A stretch of 64,000 nt of DNA, taken from NCBI GenBank assembly GCA_012295275.1, contig CM022672.1:23002001-23066000 (forward strand), given 5' to 3'. Both the position numbers and the translations under genes were made by a program. The notes beneath the pieces were generated by a model that saw only the letters and a program-made list of their open reading frames with translations, was not told the DNA's origin and did not search any database. Positions 1 to 12,340 of the stretch are shown one piece after another (within the stretch, counting starts at the first letter, position 1; each line of letters opens with the position of its first letter). The stretch is from Chrysomallon squamiferum. Lineage: Eukaryota > Animalia > Mollusca.

Positions 1-1145
1 ATAAATATATATGTACATATTTTTCATATATGTACAAGTTATTATTTGGCCTTTATTTGTTGTTGTTTTATTTCTTTTATTTTTCCAGAAAAGAACTGGT
101 TTCAAAGATTTTTGGATTTCAGTTAATAGACTGTTTGACTGTCTGCTCAAGTGAATTTGAAGTTTGTGTCATTTTCATTTTCTTAATATTTATTGTATGC
201 TGTAGTTAAAATACCAAATCTAAATTTTAAAAATGTTTATAGTTCAAGCCCAATGGAATTGTTTTGAAATTTTTTGTTTATCGTTTTTTAATAACAACCA
301 AAGCAAAAACGTTTCTGACAAATCTTTTGTACTTTATATAACACAATTATTTACCATTTCAAGATAAATGGGTTAAGTTAATATCATGTGAAAAAGAAAA
401 AAACATGAATACCACCCCAAAATTTGTCAAACAGAATAAAATCTCTGTATGTCAAAAGTTTTAATTTCAACCATTTTTTTTTTAATTTTTTTTTTTTACT
501 GAGAAATTTTTAAAATTAACAGGTCACTAGTGTAACTGCATTTTGAAGAAAATAATATTAAAAAAAGAAAGTATGAAACTGTGGCAGAACAGATAATAGT
601 TTTATCTTCTTCAAATTTCGTATTTTAATGCTGCTCTGTATTCACATTTCCGATGTCAAAATTCTTGGAATGGTTCCATTTCCTTTATGTCATATCCCAA
701 GATCTTGAGATATTGAAACTGACAGAGAAAAAAGCTTATTATTACTAATCTGAACGATGCCTTTCAAAAGATAATCGCCAGAACAAAAGATGAGGAAAAT
801 TAAAGAGAGAGTTAAAAAACGATAGAAAGTTTGGAAGTGAGATAAACAGAAAAGTGAAAGAAAATTCCTGAAATGAGATAAAGAAAAAAAAACCCCAAAA
901 ACCACAATGTATGTAACAAGATATCTATTAACTTATTCTGAGCAGTATACATTTTCAGGTGGTGTATGATTGGGCTGTCAGATTTTAGGACAAACTTCAT
1001 AACTTTTGAAATTATGCACCATAAAAGATACTTTTTTTTTTTTTTTTTTTTTTTTTGTTTCAGTGACATGTAATTATTCATCCTTGGCCAGCTGATAAGC
1101 ACTGATCCGATAAGAAGTCAATTCATAATGATTTTACTCTCTTAC

Positions 1146-1205
1146 TGAGAACTGGTGGGGTGTAATACAGTACACTTGTCAAGTTTTCGCTTTCTCCTTC
1201 ACCTT
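1146..1205 (-). CDS. Possible second coding exon (60 nt, phase 1-1): (E)GEGESENLTSVLYYTPPVL
   Basis: The minus strand reads aagtag|AAGGTGAAGGAGAAAGC…GTTCTCA|gtaaga. It is in frame with the 9493 donor, symmetric, and has an N-L-T sequon. The acceptor pyrimidine tract is weak. Confidence 0.3.
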
Positions 1206-2717
1206 CTACTTGTTAATGGCAGGCGAAAATTCATAGCTAATGTTATTCAATATGTCTTTGTGATACAGTTCAGGTGTAGAATTTAATTATTCTTTTATTT
1301 ATATTTACTCGCTGACTGTCTCAGTTCTTATTTAATGGCGCCTTACATTTACATTTAATTAAAATCTGGGTTTAAATTTGGCTTCTTATGTCTTTGTTCG
1401 CCTGATATGAATACGTAATTTTTGAAAGAATGTAAAATAAAAAGAAAAAATATTCCATAAAAAAATAACATTATTGAATATGTAGTTGATTCTGTTTGTC
1501 ACTTTATCTTCCAAAACCAGATTCTCTCTTGTTTTTTTCTTTGCATACACATAACAAAACAAAGATAAAGCAAATTCTTTAATCTTGTAAGTTTAATTTT
1601 TTTTTTTTTTTTTTAATTTTAAATTTTTATATTTCTTATAATTATGTTTAAGAAAAGGCCTAATGAAGATTTGAAAATAGAAATTTTTTAATAAGAAAAA
1701 AAAAAAAATTCAGGATGACATCAGTGTCAAAGATAAAACTAAGATGAAATGCTGGTCATTATAAAAACAACAAAAACAAAACATCAGTAGGACCCATTAG
1801 TCCAGATAGTGTGTGTGTGTGTGTGTGTGTGTTTTAAGATGTAGTTCCCAATGGAACTAATATCTTGCAGTTTAAGGGTGGGTGTCATGCCCATTAGGTA
1901 ATTTCCCATTCCAAACAGTCCCCGACCAACATAAAGATAAAATGCCACAAAATACTAAACATTTTAATAACCATGAAGAAAAAATATAATAACAACAATC
2001 TATATTATTAAAAATTTGGAAAAATAAAATAAAATAAATATATAAATAGATACATAAATAAACAAATAAATAAATAAATAAATAAAAATAAAATTTACAT
2101 GGCCAAACTTTTCTTGATTAATTTTGTATCAGTGGACTTCTTTTAAGCAATAAACTTTGTTTCGTAAGAAAAACACTGAAATACATGACACTAGATCAGG
2201 CATTCGGCTTTAGAAAGGGATTTCTGTGAAATGTAAAAAGTTCACAGATTGGAAACGAGACTTTTATAATTCTCCACTCTCCACAAATAGAAGCAGTCAG
2301 TGTGCATTAATGTAACCATTCTGTAAACCCTGTCTGCAATCTCATCTCCAGTCCAGCATCAGTCACAAACACTTGTTCAGAAAAGAAACAGTCTTTCATG
2401 AATTTTGCCAACGCTGCACAAATTATATCACAAACTCTGCAACACTTAATATAAAATTAGTTTTCGAGTTGTAAAACTAACTTTATTTTATTGAAGTTTT
2501 TTTTTTTCTCTTTATGTTTTTTTCTTCTTCTTTATTTTTATTTTTTTCTGAGTACATGAGATTGTAATCTACACATGAAAAAAAAAAAAATCAGCAAATT
2601 ACTTCAGAGGTTTGAGATAACATTCATTTTTACAAACGATATTCCATGTGTGATTTTTTTCAACTAAAGGTATAAAAAGTTGTTCTGTGTGCATGTTATT
2701 GGATGGTTCAGGTTTGG

Positions 2718-2764
<47 letters not shown>

Positions 2765-2889
2765 TGTTTGTGTGTTTTATGAGTCTTGGTATTGATATTT
2801 TGGCTGTATGAATGTTGATGTTTGTGTCTGCTTTATGAAAATATATGTATATGTATGTATGTATGTATGTATGTGTTTAGGTAGGTTAG

Positions 2890-2935
2890 GATTTTGAATA
2901 GTCTTTGTCATATGTATGTCTGATTAGATTCTGCA
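2890..2935 (+). repeat. Dispersed 46-bp repeat, copy A (copy B at 34797-34842)
   Basis: 41/46 identity by manual alignment. Both copies follow TG-rich microsatellites. Confidence 0.85.
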
Positions 2936-3384
2936 TGAATATATGCAAATGAGTGTATGTGTATGTATATGTCTGTGTTTGTGTTACATGCACCCAACTC
3001 CAACATTTCAAATAATTACATGAAAAGTAACTATGTGTAAGTAATTGTTAGTATGTGTTGATGGTATAGATGTTTTTTTGGGTGTGACTGTGTGTATGTT
3101 TATACGTCTGAGTGATTGATTGATTACTACTACATCCCATTTCTTTCTCTGTTTGCACACAACATCAGGCGCACCACCCAAATCAGTCAAAGTTGTGGGT
3201 GGTGGTAAAAAAGACACACAACGCTGGTAAGAATAGCCAAGTTTTCTCAGAAAGGAGGTCTGATTCCAGTGATAACCTGTGATCACACAGATAAACTAGC
3301 ATTTACTTTTTACATCATCTGATACAGTTCTTTGAAATGGTGCAGCTGCTTCCAGAGAGAGGTGAATGTGGCTAGTGGTGTATA

Positions 3385-3539
3385 ATTGTGTGTGTGTGTG
3401 TATGTGCATGTATAAATGTGTGTGTATGTATGTATGTATGTATGTATGTATGTATGTATGTATGAATGTATGTATGTGTGTATGCATCTATATATATTGC
3501 ATATGTAACAATGTGTGCATGTAATTATGTATGTAAGTA

Positions 3540-3591
<52 letters not shown>

Positions 3592-3596
3592 AATAT

Positions 3597-3649
<53 letters not shown>

Positions 3650-3800
3650 TGATTATATATATATATATATATATATAAATATGTATGTGTATGAATATAT
3701 ATACATATGCAAGTACACATATTGTATATGTATGAATGTATGTGTCTGTGTGTTAATGTTTGTTTGTGTAGGTACTTATGTATGTATAGATATGTGTATG
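3385..3800. repeat. Compound (TG)n/(TATG)n/(TA)n microsatellite
   Basis: Directly visible; it is the source of several spurious ORFs. Confidence 0.97.
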
Positions 3801-4629
3801 TTTTTATGTACATGTTTTACTATATCCACTGCACAGTGTAAATTTGTGTTGTATCACAGATTTGTTTTTTACAATTTGTTTTTTTTTATCTGAAAAAAAG
3901 AAGAAATTAATAGACTTCATATATATCATATTATTTTAATATTTTATCAAAGGTTGGTGTTGGATAATTATTCGTATCATAAAAGGACAGCTTAAACATC
4001 ATTATTTATTTCATTTACCTACAATAACATCATCATAAAAGATAATAATATAGAAAAAAAAAACTGACCTAAATGTGTTTATTTCTGTTCTATTCTTTTT
4101 TTTTGGCAAAGTACAGGTATTAACATTTAAAGTGTTATTTTTCTCTAATTACTACTCAGTTACTACAGACTATTTGTCATGCAGGATTATGTCCGAGATT
4201 TATGAGATGCAGGTGTATAACATCCTCTTTTTGGCCTTAATCCCTGATACTTGCACAGGATTAGTTTGAACGTGTAAACAGACAAGAGAGTCAAAATCTA
4301 TTGCAGCAATATCTCTTTATCATGTTCAACTATTTTGTTCCTTGGCCTGTTTAATTTAGAATTTGATGTAATATATTCACCAGCCAATTGTGGAAGTTTC
4401 AGCATGGTATTTTTAATACATTCCTTTTGCTAACTTGTGTGTGGAAGTCGAATGGCATTGATATACTGTGGCCAAAAATAATTTCTGGACCGCAAGAGTT
4501 CATACCCACTTAAGATGTAATAAAAGTTTTGTAGTCTCAGGAAAATGGCAAGCTAGAACAGTATGTATTTGATTGTTTTCTCCAGTACTGATTCAGTCTT
4601 GCATTGATTGTATAATGAGAGGAAAACAT

Positions 4630-4910
4630 CAGTATCTGTCTTTTTTGTTCCTTATTAATGATTCAAAAACAGAATTAGATTGTACTGTAAGATACACTGT
4701 ACTGTTCTATACTGTGATATAGATTCATGGTCCTGGAACAACATCTGTTTGTTTCATTTCCTCATTACTGATTCAAAAAGAGAAATCTGATTATAGTGTA
4801 AAATGTATTGCATTGTTCTATACTGTGTCATAGACACAAGGTTCTAGAGCAGTAAGATGAGATGTGTACATATTCATTCTCCATAACAGATTCAAATAAG
4901 AAAATCTTAG
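4630..4910. repeat. Old tandem duplication, ~110-bp period, ~2.5 copies
   Basis: tgattcaaaaa…tgttctatactgtg…ataga…ggt(c/t)ct(g/a)ga occurs at 4659 and 4769, with a partial third copy at ~4889. Confidence 0.8.
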
Positions 4911-6105
4911 TAAATTGGATAACTGAACTGTTTCATGAAAACAAGTAGACATCTGGCTGTGGAATACAGGATCTAAGTTCATTTCAGATTAAATGCATAA
5001 ACAAATTTTTAATTCTTTTTTATTGTTTCATTACATACAAGTCATATACGTGACTTAAGCCATAAATTTTAGAAAAAAAAACAACAAGCACCAAGCACTT
5101 GAGATGTTGTTTAAAAGAATACTGTTGATGACATGTACTAACAGTTTGAAAATATTTGAATTTAAAAAACAAAACAAGAACAAAACCAGAAAAAACTGCA
5201 ATAACAAAAAAAGCTCATGCCCCCCAAAAAACCCAATCAAACACATACACAAAAAATTACAAAAATAAACACAACAACCAAAAACAAAAAGAAAGAAAAA
5301 AAAAAGAAAGAAAAAAAACAACCCAAACAAACACACATTTTATCCATCCTAATTATTTATACAATTACCTCTAGATAAAAACTTATCTCTAACAAAACAA
5401 TCTCATTAAATTTCTCTTCTTATTTTTATAAACACTGTCATTTAACAAGTATTTAACCTTTCTGTTTAACAACAATAATAATATCACCATTACAAAAACA
5501 TTTTTATCATCCAGCTAAATTAACTGCATTATTACTTTCAGATAAAATCTTTTCTCTAATCAAACAGCTCCTAGGATTTCTGTTCTTTATTAGCAGGTCA
5601 TTTTCACTCAGTTTTTTTCTTTTCTTTTCCTTTGTCTGTGAAGTTTAAGTTCCAAATTGGCCAAATTGACAAAATAATGTGTTTGGAAAGAATCAATGAA
5701 CAGCTGAAGGGATTTTTGAATTCATCAACAGATTTTGTCTTTCTTTTCGTTTTAATATGCTTCTTGTTCTTCTTGTTTCCAACTAGCAAAACTTTTGTTT
5801 TTAACTTTGGCATGTTTGTGTTTTCTGTAATTTGATCTAGCAAAACTTGATTTCAACTTTATTATGATTCTTGTTGTCCTTATTTCAAACTAGTTTTCAT
5901 TTTAGGACTGTTTTACTTTATTTCAGTTGTTGAAATCTTAAACATCAAAAATTAAGTTTCAAACTTTAATGTTGGTCATTGTTTCCATTAAGAGAAAAAA
6001 ATATATATAAAAAATAAAATAAAAATAAAATAAAATAAAATAAAAAAAAATATATAAAATAACAATAATTAAAAAAAAAAAAAAAAAAATAATAAAAAAA
6101 AAAAA

Positions 6106-6141
<36 letters not shown>

Positions 6142-8553
6142 CATCATCATCATCATTTTTGTACAGTTCTTCTTCATACTACTTAAATCTTTGAAGTTCT
6201 AACTTACAAAAGTTTAATTTTCACATAAGCCCTGTTTTTCATTTCATTATGTGTCTATGCTCTCTGTCTCATTATACCTCTGTGTTCTGTCTCACTGTGT
6301 CTCTGTGTTGATCATCAGAGACAATCTGGATGAATCAGATAACCAGTTGGGTAAAATCTGAGAAGAACGGAGGGATCAAAGGTCAGACCTAGTGGACAGC
6401 TGAGCTGAACACAGCTGAGCTAATCAGAGATGACAGTTTGAAGTTTGTGGATAACCTCTGATTGACAAGGCTGCCTCATAACCTCTCTGTGTTAATTAAC
6501 ATGCAGGTCAAATACACTGACCACTGGACACTATGCATTTCAGACAGACTCACCACAATAAACCGTTTTCCTCTAATATTCAAGGACAAAAATTGTAGCA
6601 AGTGGCAGGATCATTCCTTGACAAAGACATCTACCAAGCTACTAGAAGTGGTGCAATGGACAAGTAGACAGTGGGATCTAATCTTGATTGTGGGTATTAT
6701 CAAGTATTAAATTAGATGATAAATGGACTAGTAGGTTGTGGGAACAAGCCTCGATATATACTTTTACTAAGATTTATCAGAAAAATATCAGTAGCAAACG
6801 TTATAATTATAGGATTATACTAATAATTAAATGAGTTTAACTGTAGACAGTGTGAAAAAACTTCAATATAGGATTCTATTAAGAATTAACTCTCATGGTA
6901 CTTGGACAAATTGCTGATATTTATATTAGTTTATATTAAGAATTATATATTGATATAATCATCCCAATACATGATTATTTTAGATAGTCATACAAGAGAA
7001 TCATCCAGAATTAATTTTCTACAAAAATTAATTGACAAAGTCCCACTTTAATATTCTTTAACACACTGTACACTGAAGGGAAAAAATTGGATTGATCCTA
7101 AAATCTATCATGAATCAGCTTAGATATATACAACTGAAATATAGTCAGTGTTTTGTTAACACATGAATTAGACAACAATCTGACAATCAGTCATGGAGCA
7201 GTGACTAGAACAAGAAATACACAAACAAATACAACCAAGCAGAGTTCGATCCTGAAACCTTCCGTTTTGTGTGGGTGCCTGACAGCAGATTTACAGCTCT
7301 TCTGCCCAGTAACATTAGAAGACAGGCCACACAAACTGAGACTGTAGACTTTGACGCGGATGATTTGTTTTTCCTGCCCAGACTCCTTATCCTGTCCGAG
7401 TTAATCCCAATCAAGTGAAAACTCGCCTCAGATCTTTGCTGGGTGCCCTGGCCAGGAAGTAACATGTTTACAGTGAGCGAATGTGATTAGTGGCGAGAAA
7501 TTAAACAACCCACTGCTCCCTGTGCCGTGTAGAAATTGGATCCCTTCAATGTTGATTGAGTACAGGGATTAATTATAACACTGTTGACTCCTGCTATTTA
7601 TCCACTGAAGGAAACAATTTAGTTGTGCATATTGCTTTTATAGTCCTGTTTTGTTCTGACAGTAGAAACATATATTACCATTTTACTTTAAATATATATA
7701 TATATCCATCTGAATATCCCCTCACATATGTATTTATTTAAATACATACATACATACATACATACATTTTTTTCTTCTGTTTTTTTTTTTTTTTACTTCA
7801 TGTGAAATATTTTAATTATTTATGCTCCAAAGCCTTCATTCCATATTATTAAGTTACAGTGTTTACCACATTCTTCTGTTTTGAATTATTGATTTATTTT
7901 TAAAATCAAGTTTGCAAACATTTTTTCTTTTTATTTGCTTAAAAACAACAATAAAAACAGTCCAAATTAAAAAACAGTTTCAAGCAATGAAAAACCACAT
8001 AACCCTCTTCCAATACTCAACAAAAACAAACAAAAAACAAACAAAAAACAAACACCCAAAAAACTCCCAGAACTAAAAATGAAATAAATAAAAAATAAAA
8101 ATAAAGAAATAAATAAAATAAAAATAAAAAAAAAAATAAAAATAAAAATAAAAATAAAAATAAAAATAAAAATAAAAATAAAAATAAAAATAAAAAAAAA
8201 AAAAAAATAAAACATAAAATAACAAACCCCTAACTTCCAGTTCATAAATTCCTTGGTTTCATCCCTCACTGACCAATTTGTTCCCTACACTTAACTCCAT
8301 TCAAACCTGACAACAATTTTCCCAACCTGTGAGTTCTGCAGTATTTTAGGGATTTACTGACTTCAATGGTCTGCCTTCATAAACAAGAATTAGACTGACA
8401 CTAAACAATCTGCTGCTTGAAGACTTTGGTAAACTGCATGTGGGCAAAATCAACTGATTCTTCTCCAGTTTCATACCAGACATTGCATACTGCCAATTAC
8501 TACCCACACAAACTGCAGGCTTACATGACAGGCATACCTAACAGTACTTAGCT

Positions 8554-8578
8554 GCTCACCTGTGAAGGGGGAGGGGGC
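8554..8578 (-). other. Candidate recursive splice site (AG|GT) or cryptic acceptor
   Basis: The minus strand reads cagccccctcccccttcacAG|GTGAGC: a pyrimidine tract plus CAG immediately followed by a consensus donor. Confidence 0.3.
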
Positions 8579-8722
8579 TGCTGTGCTGTCAGGTGTTTTT
8601 AAACGCACCACGATCTCAGTTTTATACATATACATACATTATTGAACACACACATGTATTGATGCACAGACATACATACAGATACACACACACCATGTGT
8701 AGATATGAAAACCCAAATGTAA

Positions 8723-8753
<31 letters not shown>

Positions 8754-9120
8754 TACATGTCATATGTACAAAAAATGTCCATTGAAACATAAACTATGAA
8801 TAAAAACACATTAAATACAATAACTCATACTGTGCATGGATAGAACAGAAAAATCTAATAATATTTACAGATGTGCTAAAAGAAATTGAATAATAGTATT
8901 CATGACTGCAGTAAATAATAATACTATAAACTTTAATTTAACACTTGTAGAACAAAATGATAGATTATCCATTTCATGTTAATTATAAACCTCCAATAAG
9001 GAATGAATATGTGGAGGATGGAGAAATAAAATTGAAGAATTAACAATAAGTCTATCATACTGGTTATATTTGAAACCTGTCATCAAATGTATTTAAAAAG
9101 AAAAAGAAAAAGAAAAGAAA

Positions 9121-9201
9121 ACAGCAACCTAACTCCAATGAAAAGAATCAAGCTTATTGGTTCCTGCACTGTTTTGGGGTTGAGATGGGATATGAACATT
9201 A

Positions 9202-9239
<38 letters not shown>

Positions 9240-9462
9240 AGAAATTGTGTTTTGGATTCCAAACTCTGCAATTTCTGAAATAAAAAAAAAAAAAAAAAAA
9301 AAAACAACATACAACCTAAGTACAATGAAAAGAATCAAGGTTTTTGATTCATGCATTGTTTTTTGTGTGAGATCAGACATGAACATTATTATTATTATTA
9401 TTATTATTATTACAGAAACTGTACTTTGGATGGCAAACTCTAGGACTTCTGAAATTAAAACC
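9121..9462. repeat. Tandem duplication of a ~185-bp unit containing an (ATT)n tract
   Basis: caacctaa…caatgaaaagaatcaag…tgaacattattatt(ATT)n acagaaa…tttggat…caaactct…ttctgaaat occurs at ~9125 and ~9312. Confidence 0.9.
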
Positions 9463-9492
9463 AGAGAGAGAGAAGAACGAAACGTCTCTTAC

Positions 9493-9598
9493 CAGCTTTC
9501 ACAGTTTGCAGAGCCAAAGTTGTAATCCATATGAAAATGTATATTCCTGTTGAGCAGCGCCATCTTGTGTCTCTGAAGCAGGAACACAGTGCTGCCAT
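9493..9598 (-). CDS. First coding exon of a secreted/cell-surface protein gene; encodes signal-peptide-like MAALCSCFRDTRWRCSTGIYIFIWITTLALQTVKA + 1 nt (phase-1 intron); exon including 5' UTR is 9617-9493
   Basis: The minus strand reads ttttcag|acataaatgaggattccagATGGCA…GTGAAAGCTG|gtaagag. It has an acceptor at 9618-9620, an in-frame TGA upstream of the ATG and a GTAAGA donor. The peptide has a basic n-region (RDTRWR), a hydrophobic h-region (GIYIFIWITTLAL) and a V-K-A (-3,-1) cleavage motif. A phase-1 intron directly after a signal peptide is typical of metazoan extracellular proteins. Confidence 0.6.
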
Positions 9599-9814
9599 CT
9601 GGAATCCTCATTTATGTCTGAAAAGATGATAACCAAATTGCAGTTTAATGGCACCAAGTTAGCTAAGTGTGACCACTTACAGTAGTTTAAAAAAACATTA
9701 ATGTTACAGGTTTTTTTTTTTTTTTTTGTTAGGGCTAATATCTTCTGAAGTAAAAATTTTAAAATGAGTTTTATTATTATTTCATTGTTTCCATGCTGTA
9801 TTTATTTTTTATTT

Positions 9815-9858
<44 letters not shown>

Positions 9859-10449
9859 GTGTGTTATACTAGTACAATATAGATGAAATACAAAAATAAA
9901 TCTAAGAAAGTTTTAATAAAAACAAACTATCAAACATTTTGTCTTATCTGATTAAAAACCCCAAGAAAATAACTAATTTAAACTAGATGTAGTTGTTCGG
10001 TTCTGGATCGTATAAATCAAAATACAGTTTTCATTCTGTTTTTATGAATCTGAGGTAAAAGTCAGGTCAGAACCTAAATATTCTGGCAGCTCAGTCATGG
10101 CCATTACATCACACTTTCCAGATACAAGTATATTTGATATCTAAAGATAAATAATTTTCTATGCATGTATTAAAAAAATACATCTCTTGGCTTAATACCA
10201 AGTATGTTTAGTATTCGTGTTGCAATGGTAAAGAAAATACAGATGACTGATTCACCAGAAAGGATCAGACATATTACATCAATTAGTGAATGAATGTTTG
10301 TTAAATTACATCCAAACAGTCTCTGATACAATTTGCTAATTAGGTGATTAGATGTAAATGTGATATGAAACAGGAAACCAACAGTTGAATTTAATGGACT
10401 TATATATTTGTTTATCATTTATCATTTTTTATTAGTACTATACTATTCA

Positions 10450-10850
10450 GCCAGTGGTAATGATAGTGGTATCTTCTAATCCTTTTAGTGGTAAGATCAC
10501 AATTAACAACTCAGTGGTATCACCTACTGTTCCTACTAATCCAGTTTATTATAAGACCACTAATGACATTTAACAGACCAATGTTACAATCAAATCCAGT
10601 TTGTCACTAAAACTCAGTTAATTGTAAGGACAATGCTATAACCAAATTCAGTTAGTAATAAGGCCAGTGGTACTATAAAAATCCAGTTTTTTTTTTTAAG
10701 ACCAACGATGCTATCAAATTCAGTTAATGGTGAGGACAATGATTACAACCTAATGATAAAACCCCTGATTGTCTTCTAATACTGTTTGTCTGTCATAAGA
10801 CCAGTGGTCTCATCAAATTCAGTAAATGATAACACTGATAAAGCCACTGG
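10450..10850. repeat. Degenerate minisatellite, ~36-40-bp period
   Basis: Recurrent aaat(c/t)cagtt…taag(a/g)cca(g/a)tg units. Confidence 0.7.
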
Positions 10851-11340
10851 CCAACAGCACCATCATGTTCTGTTAGTTCTGAGGCCAGCAGTTGTAAGAA
10901 AGGTTTTGTGTTCTTTGTGTAGGACCAGCCAGGGTGAAGTGTTCCAGTGTAAGATAAACAGAATAATTCACACCTGCTGGGTAAAGATTCCTTATCTCTC
11001 ACATTAAAACAACAAGCAGAACAGAATGTTTGTTATTAAAAAGAACACGTCCCATAAGCCTTGTGGAAAGGGCAGAAAAACACAAACTGAACAAGATGGT
11101 GTTAAATACAATAATTATTGATGTAGAAGCAATGCTGTTTTTTGGTAAAAGACACATGTTTCAAGAGAATAGTGGAATCTTGAATTATTCTACGAAAGAT
11201 GAGAAAACTAAGAGCAAAATAATAATAAAAATAAGAATTCATCTTTTTCACTTTGTCTTTATAATTACTAAAACAAGAAAAAAAGAAAACAAAAGTTCAT
11301 CTTTTAATTCTTTTTCACTTTGTCTTTAGTTGTTTTTCTC

Positions 11341-11369
11341 ACTCACTCACTCACTCACTCACTCACTCA

Positions 11370-11420
<51 letters not shown>
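11341..11420. repeat. (ACTC)n(AC)n microsatellite
   Basis: Directly visible. Confidence 0.97.
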
Positions 11421-11423
<3 letters not shown>

Positions 11424-12246
11424 TCATAGATGTTTGTTATACTTTTAAAGAAAGACTATACAAATATTTTGTTATTAGATTATATGTAAAAATACTAAAT
11501 ATTTTAATTAAATTAGATTAAAAATAATTTTTAAAAATAATTATAAACATATAAATCAGTTAGATTTCAATGAAAACACACATATTTTCACTTTTATTTT
11601 ACAGAAATTGCAAAACATTTTTTTTTTTCCATTCAGCTTTCTCAGAAACAGTACTGAAAAAACATGTTGTTTTTTTTTCTTTCAAAGGGATGTTTTTTTC
11701 TTCTGTATCTCACCTGTTGATGAGTCCAGTCTGACTAATGTCTTAAAACAGAAAACACCTGATATGTCAAAACAAAGCATGTGAAAGCTCCACAATGCAA
11801 AGTTTTACAGAGGTGAGTGAGTGTAATGTAATACCTTGAACCATGGTTCTGACACTGTTTCCATGCTGGCATTGTATTTCCCAGGATCAGGCATCTTCGT
11901 CTAGTCATATTTTTTTTGTATCTCTCAAGTTATTACAGTTTAGTTGGGGAAGGGGGGTTTTCATGGAAATGATGGGTTAGAACAGAATTTGTTTTTGACA
12001 TGTCATTAATTTTAGTTATAAAATGTAAATATTAGCTTAGATAATTCAAGTAGATGATCCAGAAAGCAAATAAAGCAAAATGAAGGGAAGTAAATTTGTT
12101 AACATGATGAAATGTTTTTTTTTGTGTTTGTTAATCTCTCACTTAATAATATAAAAATTCCAATCATGTTTTACAGTTTAATTTATCTTTACAATTTCTG
12201 TGATCTTTAATATTCTATCTTAAAAGTAAAAAATAAAAATGTTAAC

Positions 12247-12340
12247 TCTGTGGGAAGGTGCATATGAACGATTTCTTGCTGCTAATTAATAAGAGTAGCT
12301 CATGAAACTGCAAGAGCAGGTTTTTCCTATTCATTATCAT
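12247..12340 (+). mobile_element. Decayed tRNA-SINE fragment (Meta/MESC-like core)
   Basis: ctgtgggaaggtgcatatgaacgatttcttgctgctaattaataagagtagctcatgaa matches other copies in the window and the recalled molluscan core ctgtgggatggtgcatataaaagatcccttgctgctaatcgaaaagagtagcccatgaa. Confidence 0.75.

Noticed and set aside
89-126. Plus-strand acceptor followed by EKNWFQRFLDFS*
   Set aside because: T-tract plus CAG is common in this DNA. All frames are briefly open and there is no compositional island.
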